Shown in pieces: positions 23,170-32,826 of a DNA stretch of 32,826 nt. A model generated the notes under the pieces. That model was not told where the DNA came from. It was given only the letters and a program-made list of their open reading frames with translations, and made no database searches. Each line of letters starts with the position of its first letter. The stretch's first letter is position 1. The position numbers were made by a program, and so were the translations under genes. Source of the DNA: Octopus bimaculoides (Eukaryota); assembly GCF_001194135.2 (NCBI RefSeq), contig NC_068989.1:91852120-91884945 (forward strand), in the 5' to 3' direction.

Positions 23170-23790
23170 TTTATTTATATTTGGAAAATAAAATTTTCCC
23201 ATGTGTAAAAATGAAATAAGTCTGCGTAGGGGGTATTTAGCCATAGGAATAAAAAAATTTGAACAAAGAAAGCATTTTTAATTATTAATTCTATAAGAAG
23301 GCGCTGAAGACATTATATTCCATTTAATATTAAAATTGATATTATTATCCTTGAGTTCCCAGATAAATTTACTTAGTCCTGTCGAGTGAGATTTATGTTT
23401 ATTTCTAAATGTGTATAGGTGGGAAGAAATAGTTTTTTTTTGTTTCATTTTCAGTAGTTCAAATGTAATATTTATTTTCTAGAGTTTTAACTCTACATAG
23501 ATATATTATGCTTTTTATTTTGCATGCGTTCTTAAATAAACAATTATTTCTTATCCCACAATAACAATTGATATAAGTATTATTATTTATATGTTTATTT
23601 GATGACGGAGTGTTATTTATCATTATAGTGCTGTTTCTTCGGGTTCTGTTGTTAGGAGATGTATTATTATAATTACCAGAGTTGATTCGAATTAATAGAA
23701 TGTGTGTTGTGTTCAAGGGAGTTAAAGTAGTCGCTATTATAGGTGTTTCTATTTAAGTAGAGTTTGTCTAGGTTCTTATTGTTTACGGAA
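23170..23790 (-). mobile_element. Penelope-like element, decayed linker + GIY-YIG endonuclease region
   Basis: Across stops and frameshifts: NCYCGIRNNCLFKNACKIKSIIYLCRVKTLENKYYI*TTENE.../FRNKHKSHSTGLSKFIWELKDNNINFNIKW. This matches the PLE pattern CNC..CP..G.C...+IY...YIG.T...T.LS..IW.LK. Confidence 0.85.
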
Positions 23791-23818
23791 GATATAATCT
23801 ATATATATATAAGGCAGG

Positions 23819-23859
<41 letters not shown>

Positions 23860-24334
23860 CGCGTGTGTGTGTGTGTGTGTGTGTACGTGAATGTGATTTA
23901 TGCACGTCCACAAATTAGCACGCATGTCGCTCCAATTTTACGAGGACATTCGTCATGACACTTGCTGCATTTTCGTCAACTTATTTCCCCCAGAGGCACC
24001 AGCGAATAGCAGTAAAAATAAATTTTCAACCAAAATTTTTAACAATTTTAAAATCGGAGAAATCACAATTGTTTCCAAACCGAAGTTAAGTCCCTTTCTA
24101 GCGACGAGTAAGTTTTCGTTAAGACTTTTGTTGTCTTTTTCTTTTCCATCAAGGAAAAAGTGCTTTGTTGATATACGGGAAACACACACACATATGAACA
24201 TGTATGCGTACAAAAAATATGTATGCAATTGGTGTACGTACGTACGTGTGTGTATGTGCGTGTGTGTATTGCCCATACATATATACTTAAGACTTAGTTG
24301 TGATCTGAACATAACCGCTTCTGACACATGTCCT

Positions 24335-25100
24335 AATTAATGAGGTAGAATTAATGTTAATATGGTTAATGTAGGTATTTTTTTCTTTATAGCCTGCCTT
24401 AAGTAAGGCAGAGTTATAAAATTCAGATTTATCGTTGAAGATATCAACATTAGCAGATAATCTAGAAAGTCTAAGTGAAATATTCCTAACTAAATTATTT
24501 TTAATAGCCTTAGAGTGATTACTGAAAGAGCTCATATATTTTTAATTAGTTGAGTGTTTATGGTATGGGAAATATGAATCATTATGCATGTTAAGGGTAA
24601 TATCCAAAAGATAGCTTTAGTTATGTCATCTTCAAAAACAATTCTTAAAGCCATGTTTCGGAAAAAATTAACTAAGTTATTCTTAACCCTTTGTAATTTT
24701 TGGCTAGAAGCATTTTGAAGGTAGGGTAGACATTCATCATGATATAGACTTTCATTGATGTTTGGGATTGGTCAACCATCCCATAAAGGATATATACCGA
24801 ACAAATCAGCGATTTGTGCTGAATCTTCCCATCGTGATATGAAAACTGTCGGGTGTATCGTTCCAGACCCACAGCTTGTTATCAAGGCGCCTAACACGAC
24901 AATAATTTCATCCCTGGTGATACCTGCTTCGTTGTGAGTGAGCCAGTGTGCCTTGTTGAGTACGATTGGGTTGATAGAAAAATAGAAACTAAAAATGTCA
25001 AACTGGATAAGCTTGGTGGACTTGTTATTAATAGAACTAAACCAGTTGACCATTTGGCACGAATTAGACCATAAATTAAGCTTTATTTTTTTTAAATAGT
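24335..25100 (-). mobile_element. Penelope-like element, decayed reverse transcriptase region (same element as 23170-23790)
   Basis: KIKLNLWSNSCQMVNWFSSINNKSTKLIQFDIFSFYFSI (RT DI..FYPSI motif); HDGKIQHKSLICSVYIL (compare YDGAEICELVGLYIL); ESLYHDECL (compare GLYRDDGL); SNHSKAIKNNLVRNISLRLSRLS...YNSALLKAGY (thumb). Confidence 0.85.
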
Positions 25101-25555
25101 AGTTCGGAATATATCTATCTACAATATTTTTACTAAGTACACCGATGCCAGAGCTAGGAGGACAAATAAGTCGTAAGTTTGAGTTATTTTGCGCGTACCA
25201 CAGCTACTAAAAGGTTTAGTACAAAGAAAAGGCTTCCTTGAGTACACAGCGTGATACAAGAATGGGAGGACAATTCTGAAAGAGTTTAATGACATCGGCT
25301 TAAGTGCGCATATGAAAGTGTTTTCGTGCACACATAACTGCAACTATGACAACAAAGGTAACTATATGTGGTTACTTGCGCACATAATGTTACATTTGAC
25401 TGTATGCTGTATTTTTTCTTATTTTTCGTAATTACTCCCCGTCTTTGTCTATAAAATCGAACAGAATCCGTTCCTTGCCATTCCTGACTAACGTCTTAAA
25501 TCTACGGTCCTAACAACATGGTGTATTAAAACCGATGCAAACAGAGTTCATTTAC

Positions 25556-25714
25556 CGAGATTCCCTGATAAGATCACGTGACGGGACGCATCTGCCGCGA
25601 AGGATGCATTTAAACCAGTCGTATAATGTTTCATCCACGAGCCATCGATGCACGATGGGTCAAAATGATCGTTGTAGGCAATAAAGTATCTCATATACTT
25701 CATTTTCCGTCTCA
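25556..25714 (-). CDS. Candidate internal exon (phase 1-1, 159 nt): VRRKMKYMRYFIAYNDHFDPSCIDGSWMKHYTTGLNASFAADASRHVILSGNL
   Basis: Open frame, donor G|GTAAAT, acceptor caaatag| with a weak pyrimidine tract, non-repetitive and GC-richer than flanks. Family not recognised. Confidence 0.3.
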
Positions 25715-25772
25715 CTATTTGCTATGCATATATACGCATACACACATGCACATACACAGATGATTATATATA

Positions 25773-25807
<35 letters not shown>

Positions 25808-26210
25808 CTATATATATATTTTCTCTTAAACTTGCAGGATTAAACATTATATCGTAAAGTAATGGACCTTTTTTACTTCTTTTATTCACTAATTTTCTAA
25901 CGTAAGTAGCTGTATTTCCTAATTAATCTTCACTCTACTAACATTTGACATAAAATATGTTTTATTTACATGGGCATATTTTACACTAAATTATTACAAA
26001 TAATATAATTTCTATAATATTTATTTAGATGTATTATAAGATTTGATATGTTTCTAATTTAATCGTTAAAATTTCCTTAGGTAGAGCATTATATATCGTA
26101 ATTGTACTTTAAGTATCTAATATTTTTCAAATATATTTGTAATTTTAATTGTGATATAATTTTTTAACTTTTAATTTTTAACTTTTCCCGTGCATAATGA
26201 TAATATACGT

Positions 26211-26280
26211 AGCCTGAGGAAGTGCTGGTATTAAGTATAGCCTTAATACACACCCCACTAGTGCAGAAACACGTGTAGTG
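26211..26280 (+). ncRNA. Hammerhead-like motif with intact core
   Basis: AGC-CTGAGGA-agtgctggt ATTAAG tatagc CTTAAT...actagtgca-GAAA-CACGTG-TA|GTG: CUGANGA core, palindromic ACACGTGT stem III, GUA site. Stem I is only 2 bp. Confidence 0.55.
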
Positions 26281-26482
26281 ATTAATAGTAATACTTTCTT
26301 TCCCCACAGATTAAAAATAGGTAAGATATATTTATTTAAGTAAACTTATTTTATGTTATTTTAATTATTGTATTTGATTTAATTTTCTCTGCGTATACCT
26401 TACCGGGGGTTTATTCTGAAATAGGTGCTTATCTATTGGTAAATATCCTACATTTGTAATAATATATATATTTACACACACG

Positions 26483-26547
<65 letters not shown>

Positions 26548-27071
26548 GTGTGTATATGTATATATGTATGTATGTTTGCTTGTATGTGTGGCATGTGTAT
26601 GTATATGTATATACATTTGTGGAGAGATATTCTCTAAGGAATATTTGATATTCCAATATATGTTCTTTAAATTTAAACATTCTAAAATTGCAATGATAAA
26701 ATCTACAAGCATTCTTATTCAAAATTATTTCTTGTTGTATTTGATTTATTTTACGTTATCGCCACTCATGCACATGCAGACACCTTTCGTGTGTTACAAT
26801 GCCGCATTGTCGATAGCATCATACAAAATTGTATGAAGCAGAATCGTTCTTCGAATTTATTTACTGTTTTACTATTCCGTATATATTTCACACGTTAAAC
26901 AATATTCTACATCACATACACGTAAAATGAAATAGAATTATAATAGCTTTTTGAGACACTCAACGTATATTACGTCATGTAATATCTCATAGATGCGCCT
27001 AATGTAATTTTATTGCAATAACTTTCGCAATATTTGATAAATATTGCAGTAAGAAATGCAATTGTGTTTCC

Positions 27072-27148
27072 TATAAAAGGTCCCTTACAGTATATAATAT
27101 TTCACGGTAATACATTTAAAAGAATTGCGATATTATTTCTAGGTAATA
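27072..27148 (+). promoter_or_regulatory. Candidate TATA box + short non-coding first exon + donor (copy 1)
   Basis: CTATAAAAGGTCCCTT at 27071 and TAG|GTAATA donor at 27143. Conserved in a diverged copy at 31781-31855. Confidence 0.4.
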
Positions 27149-27728
27149 ATTTGAGTCTTGCGTATATACATGTGTATATGTGTGTGTGTGTGTGTGTATA
27201 TACGTATATAGATGTACACACAGAGAGATATATATATCCATATGTACACACATATATTTACTTGTATATATTTGTACATATGTATATATATATATATATA
27301 TATANNNNNNNNNNNNNNNNNNNNNNNNNNNNNNNNNNNNNNNNNNNNNNNNNNNNNNNNNNNNNNNNNNNNNNNNNNNNNNNNNNNNNNNNNNNNNNNN
27401 NNNNNNNNNNNNNNNNNNNNNNNNNNNNNNNNNNNNNNNNNNNNNNNNNNNNNNNNNNNNNNNNNNNNNNNNNNNNNNNNNNNNNNNNNNNNNNNNNNNN
27501 NNNNNNNNNNNNNNNNNNNNNNNNNNNNNNNNNNNNNNNNNNNNNNNNNNNNNNNNNNNNNNNNNNNNNNNNNNNNNNNNNNNNNNNNNNNNNNNNNNNN
27601 NNNNNNNNNNNNNNNNNNNNNNNNNNNNNNNNNNNNNNNNNNNNNNNNNNNNNNNNNNNNNNNNNNNNNNNNNNNNNNNNNNNNNNNNNNNNNNNNNNNN
27701 NNNNNNNNNNNNNNNNNNNNNNNNNNNN

Positions 27729-27785
<57 letters not shown>

Positions 27786-28254
27786 TATGTGTGCATATAT
27801 GTTGGAATGTGTTGTATATCTGTGGATGCACTTTCGTGTGTGTAAGTTTCCTTTCGTTTCATACATATACAAGGAACATAGAAATATGTAACAACAGCAT
27901 GCACCCCGGCATCCGAAAACATTAACTATGATAAATTCATTTGTACTTAAAGAGGTGCCATTCTTTTCTTAGCTCTGCAGATTGTTTTAAGATTTATTGC
28001 ATTCACAAGAATACTCGTGCCGTATATCCAAAATGTAGAAGGTTTTTATTGCCGTTTGTATTTCACTCTCAATTAGGCCATCTAAAATAAAGTCTTCATT
28101 TCTATTCACTGTGTCTTGCGCATTATATATGCGTACACACACACGCACACGCTCATTCACACGCTCATGCACACGCTCCCATACTCAAACACAAGCTCCC
28201 AAACGCCCAGCCCCATACAAGCGTATCTGTTTATCCTTTATCATATCCTTTTTC

Positions 28255-28430
28255 ATGTGCGGCTCTACTGCGTGACCACTTTGAAAAACTTTCGGCGAAC
28301 ATTTCCACCCCAATTATGTATTGTTTTTAAGCCTGGTACTTATTCTATCGCTTTCTTTTGCCGAGCTGCTAGATCGCGTGAACCTAAACCAACCAGCACC
28401 GGCTGTGAGAGCGCTGGAATGGGAAAACAC
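28255..28430 (-). mobile_element. Decayed SINE body fragment
   Basis: GCCTGGTACTTATTCTATCG.TTTCTTTTGCCGA.C.GCTA...CCAGCACCGG.TGT. Recognised as an octopus SINE body in reverse orientation. Confidence 0.5.
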
Positions 28431-28460
28431 ATATGAGCCCGCGCTCATAACCTCTACGCC

Positions 28461-28546
28461 ACCGGCAAATGGCGTAGTGGTTAAGATCGCGGGTTGCTAA
28501 CCCCAAGATTCCGAGTTCGATTCCAAGCAATGACCTGCAAAAAATA

Positions 28547-28602
<56 letters not shown>

Positions 28603-28760
28603 CAACAACATCGAAAAATACCTTAGGAGTGAGAACCCAGGTTCGTAATTTCCCCAAGACACCTGCAGAAGCCTGGAGGGTATATCAGCCGAAACGTTGT
28701 GTTAACAACAAACAAGATGAGGACAAATATCCATCAATTGTAAATAATGTAAATAATGTA
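28461..28760 (+). mobile_element. tRNA-headed SINE-like element: Pol III head, internal (AAT)n, hammerhead-like 3' part
   Basis: A box TGGCGTAGTGG, B box GAGTTCGATTCC (28513-24), (AAT)n 28545-28600, then ACAC-CTGCAGA-A-GCCTG...CAGCC-GAAAC-GTT|GTGT (28659-28702), ending in a (TGTAAATAA) repeat. Confidence 0.75.
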
Positions 28761-28768
28761 CACACACA

Positions 28769-28809
<41 letters not shown>

Positions 28810-28974
28810 TGTAGTGGACTATTGTATGCGCCTTGCGTTTGAGAAACACCAGAACTCTAGCTTTACTGTATATATATATAAATATATATACGATGAATTT
28901 CTTTGTGTTTTACGTCCACTAAATCTAAACTCAGGGCCATTTTTGGCTCGAATCTATAATAATAGACGGTGGTC

Positions 28975-29040
28975 CACGTTGCTATGCTGTGGAACTGAAC
29001 ACGAACCATGTAGTTGGGAAGTGAATTTCTTACCACAGAG
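28975..29040 (-). mobile_element. tRNA-derived SINE head fragment
   Basis: Reverse complement: GTGGTAAGAAATTCACTTCCCAACTACATGGTTCGTGTTCAGTTCCACAGCA. Related to 1558-1594. Confidence 0.55.
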
Positions 29041-29189
29041 TCAATATTAGTTGAATATATCCATGTGACTTTCAGCCAGTGATATTGTATGTTTACTGTT
29101 AGTGATTTCTATCGAGAGCCTGCGTTCCATATTTCTACAAGGAACTTTTGTACTAGCATAAAATATAAGATCTAAAATCTATGTTCTAC

Positions 29190-29235
29190 AAAAAACTTTG
29201 AGGCGATGCTCCGGCCTGGCCACAGTCTATTGAGT
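29190..29235 (+). mobile_element. Isolated SINE/LINE 3' tail
   Basis: GAGGCGATGCTCCGGCCTGGCCACAGTCTATTGAGTGAAAAC, homologous to the tails at 7718-7760 (-), 20680-20717 (+) and 32505-32545 (-). Confidence 0.55.
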
Positions 29236-29892
29236 GAAAACGAGTAAATGATAATTTGGGACAGAAGGACAGCACCCATAACGCTTATTTTCCCAAACCT
29301 CCGAGACATGTCAGAAAGAAGGGAAACATTTTCCTTGAGGGGGCAGACCTGGCACGGAATTTACACCCCAAAACTGAGGGATTTAAAGAACTGGGTCTAT
29401 AACTGCAAAGACATCGTCCGACATTAACAATATTGCAGAAACACAGCCTAGGGCTTGTAATATATTTTATGGGCCTTAAACGTGGGAAGACAAAGGCGAT
29501 AGCGATGGGACTTGAACTGCAAACAAGAGAAAAGAGGGAGCAAATAAAAGAAGGTATTTTGTTACACGCTTATTCTTCGAATCCGGCGCCTAATGTTACT
29601 TCGAACATAGAAATGTGATGATATAAAAGAGAGAGAGAGAGGGGGGAAGGAGAATGAGGGGAGAGAGAGAAAGGAAGGAAGAGAAAGAGAGAGAGTGAGA
29701 GAGAGAGAGAAGAGGGGAAACTCGTGCGAAGATGAGTTGTATGCGCTTTTGTTTGCGTGTGTTTGTATGTGTGTAACAAATGCTTGATACGCTTGGGTTG
29801 CTTGATTCAAAAATGTTTTGTCCGGTAGAGATGTAACCCTCCGTCTATGTATCAAGCTATCTGTCAGTTTTCCCTCCCCTCCACTCTCTCTG

Positions 29893-30250
<358 letters not shown>

Positions 30251-31780
30251 TGTAAACACGTATAGATGTTTGAATGTATAAATGCCCACATATATACAAA
30301 CAGATGTTTGTTTGTAGTCACCAAGTGCAGAAGCCAAAATCCGAACATATGTTAACCTCCACTTTGGGCATTCAAATATTTACTCATTGATTCCATTATT
30401 TGGGAGGGGGCGGGGGCGGGGGATGGGTGCAATTTAAAATCCCATTTACTTAGCTTTTGTTTTCATGTTTGAGTTTCACTCTTCTGCATTGTAAAAATGT
30501 AGAATTTTTGTAAAAATATATTCAGAAAGATCACGTATTAAACGGTGTGTTGNNNNNNNNNNNNNNNNNNNNNNNNNNNNNNNNNNNNNNNNNNNNNNNN
30601 NNNNNNNNNNNNNNNNNNNNNNNNNNNNNNNNNNNNNNNNNNNNNNNNNNNNNNNNNNNNNNNNNNNNNNNNNNNNNNNNNNNNNNNNNNNNNNNNNNNN
30701 NNNNNNNNNNNNNNNNNNNNNNNNNNNNNNNNNNNNNNNNNNNNNNNNNNNNNNNNNNNNNNNNNNNNNNNNNNNNNNNNNNNNNNNNNNNNNNNNNNNN
30801 NNNNNNNNNNNNNNNNNNNNNNNNNNNNNNNNNNNNNNNNNNNNNNNNNNNNNNNNNNNNNNNNNNNNNNNNNNNNNNNNNNNNNNNNNNNNNNNNNNNN
30901 NNNNNNNNNNNNNNNNNNNNNNNNNNNNNNNNNNNNNNNNNNNNNNNNNNNNNNNNNNNNNNNNNNNNNNNNNNNNNNNNNNNNNNNNNNNNNNNNNNNN
31001 NNNNNNNNNNNNNNNNNNNNNNNNNNNNNNNNNNNNNNNNNNNNNNNNNNNNNNNNNNNNNNNNNNNNNNNNNNNNNNNNNNNNNNNNNNNNNNNNNNNN
31101 NNNNNNNNNNNNNNNNNNNNNNNNNNNNNNNNNNNNNNNNNNNNNNNNNNNNNNNNNNNNNNNNNNNNNNNNNNNNNNNNNNNNNNNNNNNNNNNNNNNN
31201 NNNNNNNNNNNNNNNNNNNNNNNNNNNNNNNNNNNNNNNNNNNNNNNNNNNNNNNNNNNNNNNNNNNNNNNNNNNNNNNNNNNNNNNNNNNNNNNNNNNN
31301 NNNNNNNNNNNNNNNNNNNNNNNNNNNNNNNNNNNNNNNNNNNNNNNNNNNNNNNNNNNNNNNNNNNNNNNNNNNNNNNNNNNNNNNNNNNNNNNNNNNN
31401 NNNNNNNNNNNNNNNNNNNNNNNNNNNNTATATATATATATATATATATATGGAAATATATGCACGTAACACACCACAACGAGCATATGGAACGCCCATG
31501 AATATTCACTTATATTTGCATTAACACGTGTTTCATTTAATATTATATGACATCGGATGCATTACTTACACATATTTCGGTATCTTACAACAAAAGGTAT
31601 TTCTCTCTAACTAATATTATTCACCTCTTCATACAAACCAAAAACAGCCTAATGGCGTTCTGTGACTTTAAACGTTTTATCACGTTACATAATATCTAAT
31701 AGATAGCTTCGATATAGTTATATTGCTATAAAATTCGCAAAATTCGATAAATATACTGTGAGCAATGTAGTTTTATTTCC

Positions 31781-31855
31781 TATAAAAAGTCCCTTAGCAT
31801 ATATTGTTTCAAGGGAATATATACTACAGAAAAATTATATCCTTTGGAAGTAATA
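31781..31855 (+). promoter_or_regulatory. Candidate TATA box + short non-coding first exon + donor (copy 2)
   Basis: CTATAAAAAGTCCCTT and GAA|GTAATA donor at 31850. Paralogous to 27072-27148. Confidence 0.4.
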
Positions 31856-32119
31856 ATCAGAAAAGTGTATGAAATTTTCCATAGCATTTCATATATTTAT
31901 AACTATATAAGCACGCCCATTAGCACAAAAGGCCATATACTTGAAGACAGAGTTAAGGTAGAAACTTAAGTATAGATGTTTTAACTGGTTATTAGATCAC
32001 ATGTATACATACTGGTAGGCAGAAATATGTGCATTCGCACACCCACATGCACATACACACATAGACACACGCGCGCGTGCACGCATGCACACAGAAACAT
32101 ACTCACACGTACACATATC

Positions 32120-32490
32120 GTTGCACTCCGTCGGTTACGACGACGAGGGTTCCGGTTGATCCGATCAACGGAACAGCCTGCTCGTGAAATTAAAGTGCAA
32201 GTGGCTGAGCACTCCACAGATACCTGTACCTTTAACGTAGTTCTCGGGGTGATTCAGCGTGACACAGAGTATGAAATACTTTGAAATACAGGTACAAGAG
32301 AAACAGTAAGAGAGAGAGAGAAAGTTGTGGACAAAGATTACAGCAGAGTTCCCCACCACTCCCTGCTGGAGCCTCATGGAGCTTTAGGTGTTTTGGGTCA
32401 ATAAACGCTCACAACGCCCGGTCTAGGAATCGAAACCACGATCTTACGACCGCGAGTCTGCTGCCCCAACCACTGAGCCATTGCGAGTCC
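32120..32490 (-). mobile_element. Apparently full-length tRNA-derived SINE (~370 bp)
   Basis: Minus strand: A box TGGCTCAGTGG, B box GGTTTCGATTCC, then a non-coding body ending ...GTAACCGACGGAGTGCAAC. Confidence 0.75.
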
Positions 32491-32495
32491 ACTAC

Positions 32496-32600
32496 TTTAT
32501 TTTATACTTGTTTCAGTCATTTCAAAGTGGCCATGCTGGGGCACCAGCTCTTTGAATTTCTAGTTGAATGAATCGGTACCAGTACATATTATTGCTTTTT
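32496..32600 (-). mobile_element. 3' part of another SINE with the LINE-type tail
   Basis: Reverse complement: ...GGTGCCCCAGCATGGCCAC...ATGACTGAAACAAGTATAAAATAAA. Confidence 0.6.
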
Positions 32601-32826
32601 CTTTTAAACGTGGTTTTTATTTTATCGTTCTTTCACTCGAACTACTATGTTATGGATCACCAGTCGAGCGATGGCATATGTATGAGGGTGGGGGGAGAAA
32701 GAGGCAAAGATACTCATACACAAATACATATGTATATGTGTGTGGGTATATACACAATCTTTCATACATATTTGTATATTTATATGTACACACACACACA
32801 CACATATATAATATATATATATATAT

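Noticed and set aside
20829-24077. Shared 13-mer ACAATTGTTTCCA (20829-41 minus, 24065-77 plus)
   Set aside because: No extension on either side; compatible with chance in AT-rich DNA.

Overview
Repeat-saturated, AT-rich eukaryotic scaffold with 13 N-gaps. Repeat content and extreme microsatellite density suggest an octopus/cephalopod draft assembly; this is inferred from recognition, not from a database hit. No complete protein-coding gene can be supported, and almost all listed ORFs are microsatellite or N-gap artefacts. The readable content is retroelement debris: an RTE LINE 3' end, an R4/Dong-like RLE-LINE end inside (TAA)n, two CR1/L2-type LINE 3' ends, a decayed Penelope-like element (RT + GIY-YIG), a Tc1/mariner remnant, several tRNA-derived SINEs and two tRNA pseudogenes. 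The main unexplained structure is a recurring set of minimal type-I hammerhead-ribozyme-like motifs (six copies plus one remnant). Some sit in the spacer of 90-115 bp inverted repeats and one is the tail of a tRNA-headed SINE. Other observations: a ~410 bp near-perfect foldback, a tRNA-Glu head fused to a LINE-type 3' hairpin tail, a duplicated TATA + non-coding exon + splice donor module, and a few isolated candidate exons of unidentified genes.
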